From an uncultured bacterium (GTDB lineage: Bacteria > Acidobacteriota > Thermoanaerobaculia > Multivoradales > JAHZIX01), in the NCBI GenBank assembly GCA_965368975.1, contig CBDUPA010000029.1, positions 1 to 58,448 on the forward strand: a stretch of DNA of 58,448 nt, given 5' to 3'. Below the pieces are notes generated by a model. The model searched no databases. It saw only the letters and a list, made by a program, of their open reading frames with translations, and had not been told where the DNA came from. Below, piece after piece: positions 37,823-47,547 of the stretch. Position 1 is the first letter of the stretch, and every line of letters starts with the position of its first letter. The translations under genes were made by a program, and so were the position numbers.

Positions 37823-40366
37823 ATGGACAAGCGCTCCCGACTCGCTGCCTGGCTAGATCGGTGCGAGCATTGGCTCGACTCCGTCGGCGTTCGCCTGGCG
37901 CTATCCGCGCTGATCCTGACATCGCTGCTACCGGCGATGATCCTGCGCGATCTCGGGAACTGGCCAGGGCCACTCTTCCTGACCGTCTTCGCCAGTGAGT
38001 TCGCCCTGCGCTCGGCCCTGTCGGCACACCGCGCCCGCCGCCGCCGGTTACGCGCTAGCGAGTTTCTCGTCCTGTGCCTCGACTTCCTGGCCCTGCTCTC
38101 CTTCCTACCGCTGGCCCAAGCCCACCCGTGGCTGCGACACCTGCGGCTCGCCCGTCTCCTACTGCTACTAGGCTACTGGAGCGGCCTGCTTTCCGAGCTG
38201 TGGAGCGTCCTCAACCAACGCGAACGCCGCGGACAGATCCTGATCGTGCTGGTGCTCGGCGGCGTCTTGACCTTCGGCAGCACCGCCGTCCTACTCGACC
38301 TGGGCGTGCGCCACGACTTCGACAAAGATGGCCAGCTCGAAGCCTCTACGGAGGACGGCGACCGCTCCTTCCTGACCGTCTTGTGGTGGAGCCTGCTGCA
38401 GATCGAAGACGCCGGCAATCTGGTCCAGAATATCGACCATCACCCGCTGATCGTCGGACTGTCCATGCTGCTGACCGTCGCCGGCTTGCTGCTGCTGTCC
38501 TTCTTCATCGGCATCGGCTCCAACGTCGTCGCCGAACTGATGCTGCGCGCCCGGGCCCGCCCGGTCGGCCTCACCGGGCACACCGTCATCCTCGGCTTGA
38601 CGCCCTACACCTCGCTACTCCTGCACGGCCTGGCCGAGATCTATCGCAAGAACCTTCGCCCCTACCGCGGCGCGGTGATGGCGGCGGCGGACGACTACGA
38701 AGACCTGGCCGCGCCCGGGCTGCGTCACTTTCAGTACCGCCAGGGCGACCCGGCTCGCCTGAGCGATCTCGAGCGGGTCAACGTACGGCAGGCCAAGCGC
38801 GTGATCCTGCTGACATCCAACGACGGCTCAGGAACGGCCGAACCGGATGCCGACATCCTCGCCGCCATCCTCGCCGTGCGCCAGAGCCACCCCGACGTAC
38901 CGCTCTATCCCGACATGGAGCACGAGCGCAACTTCCCCGCCGCATTGGCCGCCGGCGGCACGAACACGCATCTCGTGGGCTCCGGGTCGTTGCTCGGCTA
39001 CTACGTGGCCCAAAACGTCGCCTACCCTGATGTCTTCCACCTCTACCGTCAGCTGCTGCGCTCCGAGGGCGCCGAGATCTACACCTATCTCTACACCCCG
39101 GACGAGATCGCCCAACTGGTCACCAACTCCCATCGTACGCTCGACGCTGCCGCTGTTCACGCACACGCCTGCCGGCGTCACCGCACCACGCTGCTGGGCT
39201 TCTTCGTTACCGAGCCGACCGGCCTGCTGCTCAATCCGGTCCCACTGAGCCGCAGACCCGAGCCTCCACCTCCCTTCGATTGCGATGGACGGCTACCGGC
39301 CAGCAACCTGCTCGGCATCATCGGTATTGCCCCCGCCTTCCGCCACCTGCAGGAGTTGGCCCTGGAAATGCTGCGCGGCCCGCTGGACGCTGACGCATCG
39401 CCCTTGCCAACACTCGTCAGAGCCCCCCTCGAGGTCCCGCAGGACAGCACGCACCCGCCAGATGCCTCGCTTTCCCTGCAGCCTGATCGCCGCGACCCCG
39501 AGTCCGTCCTGATCTTCGGTGCCGGCCCCCGAGTACCCCGCGTCGTTCGGGAACTGATCGGCTTCTTCCCCAGGCTGCACATCAGCGTCCTGGCCGACGA
39601 ACGCAGCGACCTCGAGCCGCTGGCCCACGATGTCTTCACCATGCTCTCGCGCAGCAACGCCGGCACCGAGCTGGAACGTCGAGACGAGACCTTCCACATC
39701 CGCCATCCACCGACTGCGGCCGTGACCCTGCTCGCCGCCGACTGGACCCACGGCCACCGTCTGCGCCGTCACGGTAGCGTCACGCTCGAAGCCGCCGACG
39801 CCATCCTGCTGCTCCCGGCCTCCCCGCGCGGAGGTGGCGACAGCGACGGCCGCATCGCTCTCGACGCCCTGCACCTCGCCGATCTCGAACGCACCGGCAG
39901 CGTCCGCTTCCGTCCCGGCACCCACGTCCTGGCCCTGGTGCGCGATCCCGACAAAGGCGACCTGCTAGAAAGCCGCCTGGAAGCCGTCACTCGAGACAGC
40001 CGCCTGTGCCGCTACACCGTCATCTCCAGCGAGCGAGCGCGGCACCGATTCGTCATGCAGAACGTCTTCGTCCACGGGCTCAACAGCGTCTATCTGCAAT
40101 TGCTCGATTCGCAAGGCGAACACTTCGCGCGCCTGCTGCCACGCAGTCCGGACGGTCAGGAGTTGCGCGGACCGTTCGACGCCGGGTTACTGGCGGATGC
40201 GTTGCTGCGAGAGCGTGGCTGGCTGCTGATCGGCTTCGAACTGTGCGCGGCGGATAGCGAGCGCGTCGAGGTGGAGCTGGATCCGTCGCGGCTGCTGGTC
40301 GGGAGCTTCTTGAGTTGGGAGCGCGTGAAAGCAGTGTATGCGATGGTTAGCGAGACACCATCATGA
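37823..40366 (+). CDS. CASTOR/POLLUX(DMI1)-like cation channel with RCK/NAD-binding domains
   Basis: Multiple hydrophobic helices, pore-like WWSLLQIEDAGN, GHTVILG, RQGDP...DLERVNVRQAKRVILL (RCK), second RCK-like SVLIFGAG. Confidence 0.72.
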   Translation: MDKRSRLAAWLDRCEHWLDSVGVRLALSALILTSLLPAMILRDLGNWPGPLFLTVFASEFALRSALSAHRARRRRLRASEFLVLCLDFLALLSFLPLAQAHPWLRHLRLARLLLLLGYWSGLLSELWSVLNQRERRGQILIVLVLGGVLTFGSTAVLLDLGVRHDFDKDGQLEASTEDGDRSFLTVLWWSLLQIEDAGNLVQNIDHHPLIVGLSMLLTVAGLLLLSFFIGIGSNVVAELMLRARARPVGLTGHTVILGLTPYTSLLLHGLAEIYRKNLRPYRGAVMAAADDYEDLAAPGLRHFQYRQGDPARLSDLERVNVRQAKRVILLTSNDGSGTAEPDADILAAILAVRQSHPDVPLYPDMEHERNFPAALAAGGTNTHLVGSGSLLGYYVAQNVAYPDVFHLYRQLLRSEGAEIYTYLYTPDEIAQLVTNSHRTLDAAAVHAHACRRHRTTLLGFFVTEPTGLLLNPVPLSRRPEPPPPFDCDGRLPASNLLGIIGIAPAFRHLQELALEMLRGPLDADASPLPTLVRAPLEVPQDSTHPPDASLSLQPDRRDPESVLIFGAGPRVPRVVRELIGFFPRLHISVLADERSDLEPLAHDVFTMLSRSNAGTELERRDETFHIRHPPTAAVTLLAADWTHGHRLRRHGSVTLEAADAILLLPASPRGGGDSDGRIALDALHLADLERTGSVRFRPGTHVLALVRDPDKGDLLESRLEAVTRDSRLCRYTVISSERARHRFVMQNVFVHGLNSVYLQLLDSQGEHFARLLPRSPDGQELRGPFDAGLLADALLRERGWLLIGFELCAADSERVEVELDPSRLLVGSFLSWERVKAVYAMVSETPS

Positions 40367-41133
40367 ACCACGACGACACAACGAAACCAGATCCGACAGT
40401 CCCCAGGACCGAAGACGACTGGCTAGAGCTCGCGGACACGCAGTGGCGTCAAGGCTGTCTGCAGCCCGAGATTCGGCAGCGAGCCTTGGAGATCTTGGAA
40501 GGCCGTACCGGTATCCGTGGGCCTCTCCCGGTCGGCAAACCGTACACTCGGGATCGATCTCTCCAGATCCGCCTGTACCTTCGCCGTCCACCCCGCCCCC
40601 GTGAGCCGGAGTACTTCCTGGACCACAACACCTGGGAAGTCGGCGAAGTCGTCAGCTTCCAACTCGGCAGCGGTCAGCTGATCCTCGTGCGAGTCCTCGG
40701 TACCTTCACAGACCGCGACGGCGAGAAGGAAGGCTGGAGTAAGCCTGGCGAGACGTCACCGTTGATCGAGATCCTAGACTGGGCCGGCTCTCGAGTCCCG
40801 CCCATTGAAGAGATCCACAGACTGCCTATCCGTAAGGCTCTCGGACCGCTCCGTTACGAACGCGCGGTCCTGTTCCGGAACGCAGCCGAGACTCTGCGTT
40901 CTCCGCGCTTCCGAGCCACGGGATTACGCTTCGAACGAGCCTGGGGCTTCGCGCTCGCAAGGCGGCAGCTGACTCTACTCATCTACCGCCTCCAGTTCGG
41001 TTCTTTGCGCCGCGAGCGCCCGTACCGGACGTGTCTGCCACTGTTCGCGGAATCGTTCGAGAGCGACCTCCGGGAGTATTACGGTTGGCCGACAGCAAAC
41101 GAGGGGAGCGAGGCCCCATCACCTGAGAGCTGA
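40363..41133 (+). CDS. Hypothetical protein
   Basis: 256-aa ORF overlapping the channel stop by ATGA; protein-like sequence (WLELADTQWRQGCL, WEVGEVVSFQL). Confidence 0.7.
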   Translation: MNHDDTTKPDPTVPRTEDDWLELADTQWRQGCLQPEIRQRALEILEGRTGIRGPLPVGKPYTRDRSLQIRLYLRRPPRPREPEYFLDHNTWEVGEVVSFQLGSGQLILVRVLGTFTDRDGEKEGWSKPGETSPLIEILDWAGSRVPPIEEIHRLPIRKALGPLRYERAVLFRNAAETLRSPRFRATGLRFERAWGFALARRQLTLLIYRLQFGSLRRERPYRTCLPLFAESFESDLREYYGWPTANEGSEAPSPES

Positions 41134-41161
41134 AACCTCGCCCTGCTAAACTTCGGCTTCA

Positions 41162-43873
41162 ATGAGCCAGCAGCAGCTCCCCGACGCCGCCCGTCACCAC
41201 TATCGCCACTTCGTTGGCCGTGAAGCGGAGATCAAGCGTTTCCGCCATCTCCTCGACACGGGCAGTGGCCGAGCCGTCGTCATTGTGGGGCAACAGGGCA
41301 TGGGCAAGACCACCCTCGCTGAGCGGCTGCTCGAAGAAGCCGCCCAGCACCCCACCCTGGACTGCCGCTCTCTTTGGTACGAAGTCACCCGACTCGACAC
41401 CGTCGACGCCCTCATGGAGCGCATGCTGGAAGGCGCGTTTGCTGGCGCGGACGTGCATGGTTCCTTCGTACCTTCCGAGCAGCGGCGCAAGCAGTGGAAG
41501 GCGCTGCTGCGCTTCGTGCCGGGGTACGAGGAGGTCGAAGGGCTTTTGGAGACCCTGAAGCAGCAGCTCACGCTGCCGCCCTGGGAGCGCTTCGCGAGGG
41601 TACTGCACGAGATCTCGACGCGACTGGAGGAGCACCAGCGAGTGCTGTTCGTGGTCGACCCCGAAAAGTACATGAAGGAAGGCAGCGCGGAGGCATGGCG
41701 GGTGCTGGTGCGTCGGCTGCCAGACAAGGTCGTAGTGGTGCTGCCGCAGCGGCCGGAGGATGAGCTTGCCAGCTCGCGGGAGTTCTTGCGACTACCGAAT
41801 GTTGAGCGGTTGCCGAAGGGACGGTTGCCAGCGCTGAGTGAGGAAGCGGCCGGGGAGCTGGTGGATCTGGTGGCGCCGGGGTTGGAGTTCCCGGTGGACG
41901 AGGTGCGAGCGGCGGTGGCTCGGTACGACGGACACCCGTATGCGCTGGGGGCGGCGCTGGGGTTGCTGCAGGAGGCCGAAGCCACGCCGGAGACGCTGCC
42001 GGCGGACCCGGATGATCTGGCGCGGGAACAGTGGGAACGCATCAGCCAGGAGTCGGCAGAAACGCTTCGTGTGTTCAAAGCTTATGCGGTCTTGGAAGTG
42101 GCGGTGCCTGCGGCTGTGGTGCGGGATGTCGCCGAGGTCTCAGCCGAAGAACTCAACTCTCTGTATGGACACCCCTACTTCAGTGGATTGCTCCGGGAAT
42201 TCGAGGATGGGTATCGGCGCATCTACCATTCGCTGCTGGCTGAGCACGTCTTGCGCGAACTTGACGACGAGTCAAAGGCGTACCACGGACGCGCGCGGGA
42301 TACGTGGCGGCAGCGGTTGGAAGAGTCCGAACCCAAGGACGCCCTCGCCGCGCAGCGGCTGCCGGAGCATGTGTTGGTGGTGGATGGGGAAGCGGCCTTT
42401 GCGGAGGTGGTGGCACTCACCTCTGCTCCGATACTGCGCCAACTAGGGTTGTTGCAGGAGGACTTAGCCCTGTTGCAGCGGGCTCGGACTTGCACGGAGC
42501 CAGGATCAACAACAGAGTGGCAGGTACCGAATGAGCTGGGCTATGTGGCAATGACTCGCGGCCACCTAGAGCAGGCAGTCAAGCACTTCCAGGAAGTGAT
42601 GAAACTGGCTGGGGACCACAATCTAGGTGCACAAGCCACCGCCTCCAGCAACCTTGGTTTGATCTACCGAACTCGCGGCGATCTGGACGACTCCGAGAAG
42701 ATGCACCTGAAGGCCCTGGAAATCTTCAAGAAGCTCGAAAGACGAGAGGGCATAGCGACCCAGTACGGCAACCTGGGCTTGATCTACCTCACTCGCGGCG
42801 ATCTGGACGACGCCGAGAAGATGCACATAAAAGCTCTGGAAACCTTCAAGCAGCTCGAAGAACGAGAGGGCACGGCGAACCAGTACGGCAACCTGGGCTT
42901 GATCTACCTCACTCGTGGTGATCTGGACAAAGCCGAGAAGATGCTCCTGAAGGCCCTAGAGATCTACGAGCAGCTTGGAAGGCGAGAGGGCATGGGGAGC
43001 CAGTACAGCAACCTTGGTGTGATCTACCGAACTCGCGGTGATCTGGACAAAGCCGAGAAGATGCACATGAAGGCACTGCAGATCTCCGAAACTTTCGGGT
43101 TCTCGGAGCTGACCGCGAATCAGTACGGCAACCTTGGCTTGATCTACCGAACTCGGGGTGATCTGGATGGGGCCGAGAAGATGTTTCTGAAGGCCCTAAA
43201 GATCGACAAGCAGCTCGGAAAACAAGAAGGCATGGCGAGCCAGTACGGAAACCTGGGCTTGATCTACCGAACTCGCGGTGATCTGGATGGGGCCGAGGAG
43301 ATGTTCCTGAAGGCACTGGAAATCGACAAGCAGCTCGGAAAAAGAGAAGCCATGGCGAACCAGCACGGCAACCTGGGTTTGATCTATCAGGCTCGCGGTG
43401 ATCTGGACGAGGCCGAGAAGATGTACCTGAGGGCCCTCCAGATCAACAAGCAGTTCGGAAGGCGAGAGGGTATAGCGAACGACTATTGCAACCTGGGCTT
43501 GGTCGCAAAGGATCGCGGTGATCTAGACGAAGCCGAGAGGCTACTCCGCAAGGCCCTACAGATCAACAAGCAGCTCGGAAGACGAGGGAGCATGGCGAGC
43601 CAGTACGGAAACCTGGGCGTGATCTACCTCAATCGCGGGGATCTGGACGAGGCCGAGAAAATGCACCGCAAGGCCCTACAGATCAACAAGCAGCTCGGAA
43701 ACAGGGAGGGCATGGCGAACCAGTACGGAAACCTGGGCTTGGTCGCAAAGGATCGCGGCGATCTGGACGCAGCTCGCACCTACTGGCAGCAAGCTCTCGA
43801 CCTCTTCCAAGAGATGGGGCACGTCAGCACATACCAGGTCGTTTTCTGGCTCGCTACCCTCGACGCTTCCTGA
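41162..43873 (+). CDS. P-loop NTPase (STAND/AAA_16-like) with C-terminal TPR array
   Basis: FVGREAEI, Walker A GQQGMGKT, hhhhD Walker B, GHPYAL (GxP) motif, ten 40-aa TPR-like repeats. Confidence 0.9.
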   Translation: MSQQQLPDAARHHYRHFVGREAEIKRFRHLLDTGSGRAVVIVGQQGMGKTTLAERLLEEAAQHPTLDCRSLWYEVTRLDTVDALMERMLEGAFAGADVHGSFVPSEQRRKQWKALLRFVPGYEEVEGLLETLKQQLTLPPWERFARVLHEISTRLEEHQRVLFVVDPEKYMKEGSAEAWRVLVRRLPDKVVVVLPQRPEDELASSREFLRLPNVERLPKGRLPALSEEAAGELVDLVAPGLEFPVDEVRAAVARYDGHPYALGAALGLLQEAEATPETLPADPDDLAREQWERISQESAETLRVFKAYAVLEVAVPAAVVRDVAEVSAEELNSLYGHPYFSGLLREFEDGYRRIYHSLLAEHVLRELDDESKAYHGRARDTWRQRLEESEPKDALAAQRLPEHVLVVDGEAAFAEVVALTSAPILRQLGLLQEDLALLQRARTCTEPGSTTEWQVPNELGYVAMTRGHLEQAVKHFQEVMKLAGDHNLGAQATASSNLGLIYRTRGDLDDSEKMHLKALEIFKKLERREGIATQYGNLGLIYLTRGDLDDAEKMHIKALETFKQLEEREGTANQYGNLGLIYLTRGDLDKAEKMLLKALEIYEQLGRREGMGSQYSNLGVIYRTRGDLDKAEKMHMKALQISETFGFSELTANQYGNLGLIYRTRGDLDGAEKMFLKALKIDKQLGKQEGMASQYGNLGLIYRTRGDLDGAEEMFLKALEIDKQLGKREAMANQHGNLGLIYQARGDLDEAEKMYLRALQINKQFGRREGIANDYCNLGLVAKDRGDLDEAERLLRKALQINKQLGRRGSMASQYGNLGVIYLNRGDLDEAEKMHRKALQINKQLGNREGMANQYGNLGLVAKDRGDLDAARTYWQQALDLFQEMGHVSTYQVVFWLATLDAS
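42635..43834 (+). repeat. Ten tandem 120-bp repeats encoding TPR units
   Basis: AACCT(G/T)GG...CG(C/T/G)GG(C/T/G)GATCT recurs every 120 nt (e.g. 42677, 42797 ... 43757). Confidence 0.95.
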
Positions 43874-43972
43874 CCCTCAGCAACCCAACATTTCTTGCCC
43901 GGTACGTCCGGCCGGGGTGCGCTGCTGGCTCACAAGTCCTTCACAGTCAGATCCGGAAGCGGCTTCGCCGCT

Positions 43973-44045
43973 GGGCGGCCACATTGGGCCGCCCCTACGT
44001 CAGAATCCGGAAGACCACCGAGGCACCGGCCACATTGGGCCGCCC
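43973..44045 (-). repeat. GTAG-type REP palindrome plus a second partial copy
   Basis: Minus strand GTAG-GGGCGGCC-CAATGT-GGCCGCCC at 43973-43998; GGCCACATTGGGCCGCCC repeated at 44028-44045; lies between convergent genes. Confidence 0.7.
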
Positions 44046-44082
44046 AACCACCGGAACCGGAAGCCGACTCCTCCCCACTCCC

Positions 44083-46836
44083 CTACAACCGCTCCTTCAA
44101 ACTATGCAGCAGATTCAAAGCCGCCAGCGGCGTCAGCTGATCGACATCCGTCTGACGCAGCACCTTCGCCACCACCTCCTCCGGCGGCGCGAACAAGTTC
44201 ATCTGCGCCTTCGGCTCGCTCGCCTGCTCCACCGCTGACTCCGGCGCGGTCCCCCGCGCCAGTCTCGGCTTGCCGGTCAAGTCGTACTCCTGCGACTCGA
44301 GATTCCCCAACACCTCCGACGCCCGCTCGATGACGCTACCCGGTAGCCCCGCCAGTCGTGCGACCTGGATGCCGTAGCTCTTGTCGGCGCTGCCGTCGAT
44401 GACGCGGCGCAGGAAGTGGATTTGATCGTTCCACTCCTTGACTGCCAGGGTGCGATTGACCAGGCCCGGCAACATCGACGCCAGCTCGGTCAGCTCGTGG
44501 TAGTGGGTGGCGAAGAGGGTCTTGGGACGGCGGTGCTCGTGCAGGTGCTCGACGATCGCCCAGGCCAGAGATAGGCCGTCGAAGGTGGCCGTACCGCGGC
44601 CGACCTCGTCGAGGATGACCAGGCTGTGCTCGGTGGCGTGGTGCAGGATGTTGGCGGTCTCGATCATCTCGACCATGAAGGTCGACTCGCCGCGCGCCAG
44701 ATCGTCGCTGGCACCAACGCGGGTGAAGATGCGGTCGACGACACCGATCTTGGCGCTGTCCGCGGGGACGAAACTGCCGGCTTGGGCCATCAGGACCATC
44801 AGGGCGACCTGACGCAGGTAGGTGCTCTTGCCACCCATGTTCGGGCCGGTGAGCAGGACGATGCGAGCGTCGGCGTCGAGTTGCACGTCGTTGGGCACGA
44901 ACGGATCGGTCGAGCTGCGTTCGACGACCGGGTGCCGACCTTCGCGGATGTCGATCGGGCCACCAACTTCGCCCATCTCGGGTTCGACGTAGCGCTGGCG
45001 TGCGGCGACGTCGGCGAAGGCGAGCAGGACGTCGAGGCGACCGAGGGCGCTGGCGAGGGTGGACAGACCAGGGCCATGCTCGGCGACGGTGGCGACCAGA
45101 CGCTGGTAGTACTCGGCTTCGAGCGCCAGCTGCCGTTCCTCGGCTTCCAGGATCTCCTCTTCCAGCTCCTTGACCTCGGGCGTGATGTAACGCTCGGCGT
45201 TGACCAGGGTCTGCTTGCGGATGTAGTGCTCGGGCACCAGGTGCTGGTTCGCCTTGGTGACTTCGAGGTAGTAGCCGAAGACCTTGTTGTAGCGGATCTT
45301 GAGCGACGAGATGCCGGTCGCCTCGCGCTCGCTGGCTTCGAGTTGCAGGATGTGCTGCTTGCTGCCGCGCGCCAGGGAACGGAAGCGGTCGAGATCTTCG
45401 TCGACGCTGGCGGCGATGACACCGCCCTTTTCCAGCTTGGCTGCGGGTTCGGCTTCCAGCACGCGTGCCAGCTCGGCTTGCAGGTCGGCCAGGGGGTCGA
45501 CTCCAGCTAGCTCGGCGAGCAGCGTGCTGCCGCTGCTCGCGCCCAGAGCCCCCGTCTGACCGAGCCCAGACTCTCCAGCGGCGACGCTGGACAGGCGACC
45601 CAGGATCGCCGGCACTTCCGCCAGGCTGTCGCGCAGCGCCGCGGCCTCGCGCGGGCTGAGCGAACCGAGGACGGCGCGCGTGAGCAGGCGCTCCGGGTCG
45701 CTGACGCGGCTCAGGCGCTCACGCAGGTCGTCGCGAGCTTCCCCGTCGTCCACCAACGCGCGCACCGCCGCGTGGCGCGCGGCGATGGCGTCGCGTCGAC
45801 GCAGGGGGCGACGCAGCCAATCGCGCAGGGTACGGCCGCCGGGAGCGGTCGCGGTGCGGTCGAGGACGCTGAGCAGCGTTCCCTTGCGCCCACCTTCGCG
45901 CAGGCTGCGGAAGAGTTCGAGATTGGCAACGGTGGTGGCGTCGAGCACCAGGGCGTCGCCCGGCTCGCGCACGGACAGTCGCCGGATGTGGGCCAGTTCA
46001 TTGTGCTGCGTCTCGCGCGCGTAGGCCAGCGCGGCGACGGCGGCGCGCACCGCCAGCTCGTCGTCCTGCAAGCCAAAACCGCGCAGACTGCTGACACCGA
46101 GCTGAGACTTGAGCTCTTCGCCGGCACGCCGTGGATCGAACAGGCGATCCCCATCGGGCGACGTGTCGAGCGGCGTCCGGCAAGGGATCTCGCGCTCCAG
46201 CACAGCGGCCAGGGCGGACGGCAAGCCCGGCTCGAAGAGTGCCTCGCGCACTCGCTGCAGGCGCAAGTCCTCGATCGCCTCGCCCGGCGTGCGCCAGCGA
46301 CGGACGTAGAAGTGCCCCGTCGACACCTCCAGGAAGGCACCAGCACCAGCACCGTCGGGGGAGCTGGCGTCTTTGTCGTCCCACAAGACGGCGACCAGGA
46401 AGTTCTCCTCTTTGCTGTCGAGCAGGGCTGGTTCGCTGACCGTGCCCGGCGTCATGACACGCGTGACTTCGCGCTTGACTAGCCCTTTGGACTGGGACGG
46501 ATCCTCGACCTGGTCGCAGATCGCCGCCTTGTAGCCGGCGGCCAGGAGCTTGCCGACGTAGCTGTCCAGCGCGTGGTGCGGCACGCCACACATGGCGACT
46601 TCGCTGGCACCGCCCTTGTGGCGCGCGGTCAGGGTGACTTCGAGGATCGGCGCTGCCTGCACGGCGTCGTCGAAGAACAGCTCGAAGAAATCGCCCATGC
46701 GGTAGAGGATGAAGCAATCCGGATAAGCCGCCTTGACCTCCAGGAAATGACGCAGCATCGGCGTCAAGCTCTTGGAAGCTACGGACTTGGGCGGCGGCGG
46801 AGCCGGCTGGGCACTTGCGGCATTGGGTACGGTCAT
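44083..46836 (-). CDS. mutS: DNA mismatch repair protein MutS
   Basis: TPML..F..K, YRMGDFFELF, TGPNMGGKST, STFMVEM, DEVGRGT, FATHYHEL, SYGIQVARLAGLP. Start uncertain (46836 or 46758). Confidence 0.97.
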   Translation of the reverse strand: MTVPNAASAQPAPPPPKSVASKSLTPMLRHFLEVKAAYPDCFILYRMGDFFELFFDDAVQAAPILEVTLTARHKGGASEVAMCGVPHHALDSYVGKLLAAGYKAAICDQVEDPSQSKGLVKREVTRVMTPGTVSEPALLDSKEENFLVAVLWDDKDASSPDGAGAGAFLEVSTGHFYVRRWRTPGEAIEDLRLQRVREALFEPGLPSALAAVLEREIPCRTPLDTSPDGDRLFDPRRAGEELKSQLGVSSLRGFGLQDDELAVRAAVAALAYARETQHNELAHIRRLSVREPGDALVLDATTVANLELFRSLREGGRKGTLLSVLDRTATAPGGRTLRDWLRRPLRRRDAIAARHAAVRALVDDGEARDDLRERLSRVSDPERLLTRAVLGSLSPREAAALRDSLAEVPAILGRLSSVAAGESGLGQTGALGASSGSTLLAELAGVDPLADLQAELARVLEAEPAAKLEKGGVIAASVDEDLDRFRSLARGSKQHILQLEASEREATGISSLKIRYNKVFGYYLEVTKANQHLVPEHYIRKQTLVNAERYITPEVKELEEEILEAEERQLALEAEYYQRLVATVAEHGPGLSTLASALGRLDVLLAFADVAARQRYVEPEMGEVGGPIDIREGRHPVVERSSTDPFVPNDVQLDADARIVLLTGPNMGGKSTYLRQVALMVLMAQAGSFVPADSAKIGVVDRIFTRVGASDDLARGESTFMVEMIETANILHHATEHSLVILDEVGRGTATFDGLSLAWAIVEHLHEHRRPKTLFATHYHELTELASMLPGLVNRTLAVKEWNDQIHFLRRVIDGSADKSYGIQVARLAGLPGSVIERASEVLGNLESQEYDLTGKPRLARGTAPESAVEQASEPKAQMNLFAPPEEVVAKVLRQTDVDQLTPLAALNLLHSLKERL

Positions 46837-46937
46837 GCGTGCGAATCCTAGCCTGGCACGGCTGCGCATGCAATCTTGCGTTCCGACGACAGGAGCGGAG
46901 TGTTTGCAGGTCGATGGCCAGGGTGTAGGCTGCAAGA

Positions 46938-47522
46938 ATGCAACGCCCTGGCCGTCGCCAACATCCACTGCATCTCATCACCGATGCCGTGCTGGTGCAC
47001 TGGCAGGGCGAAGTGCGTCCGGAACCGCGCCACCTGCGTGCGCTGGCGCACCTGGAGGCACGCGCCTTCGACGCTCCCTGGTCACGCTCGCAGCTGGCAT
47101 CCACACTCGACCAAGGGGTCACCACGACGTTCGCCTTGCTCGACAACCACCAGAGCAAGACCAGCGCGCTGGCCTATGCCTGCCTGCAGCAGGTGCTCGA
47201 CGAGGCCGAGCTGCTGCGTCTGGCGGTGGCTCCCGAACTGCGCCGCCGGGGTCTCGGACGGGCGGTCCTGCAGGCTGCACTCGAACACATGCGAACCACC
47301 TCCCCCCTGCGCGCGTGCCTGCTCGAGGTGGCGGCAGACAATCGCCCGGCGCTCAAGCTCTACGAGACCTTTGGCTTTCGCCTCGAAGGGCGCCGTCGCG
47401 GCTACTACTCGGCCGCCCCCACACACGGCAAGAACCTGGATGCCAACAGCGACGACTCCGGTGCTACCGATGCACTGCTCTACCGCTTCGTCCTGGAACC
47501 GCCGCGCGGCACCAGGTATTGA
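46938..47522 (+). CDS. rimI: RimI-like GNAT N-acetyltransferase
   Basis: PWS, DEAELLRLAVAPELRRRGLGRAVL, LEVAADNRPALKLYETFGF..GRRRGYY. True start may be downstream. Confidence 0.85.
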   Translation: MQRPGRRQHPLHLITDAVLVHWQGEVRPEPRHLRALAHLEARAFDAPWSRSQLASTLDQGVTTTFALLDNHQSKTSALAYACLQQVLDEAELLRLAVAPELRRRGLGRAVLQAALEHMRTTSPLRACLLEVAADNRPALKLYETFGFRLEGRRRGYYSAAPTHGKNLDANSDDSGATDALLYRFVLEPPRGTRY

Positions 47523-47547
47523 TCTGCCCCCGGGCGGGTGCTAAGGT
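47519..47547 (+). promoter_or_regulatory. Putative sigma70 promoter ahead of a long leader and the DUF465 gene
   Basis: TTGATC-N17-TAAGGT with extended -10 TG. Confidence 0.5.

Noticed and set aside
41162-41210. Amyloid signalling motif at the N-terminus of the NTPase-TPR protein
   Set aside because: Only a short SQQQ run is present. There is no G/N/Q-rich pseudo-repeat and no matching motif at the end of the upstream protein.
42635-43834. CRISPR array or diversity-generating retroelement repeat
   Set aside because: These are contiguous in-frame 120-bp coding repeats with no unique spacers. There is no cas or reverse transcriptase gene and no evident adenine-specific TR/VR pair.
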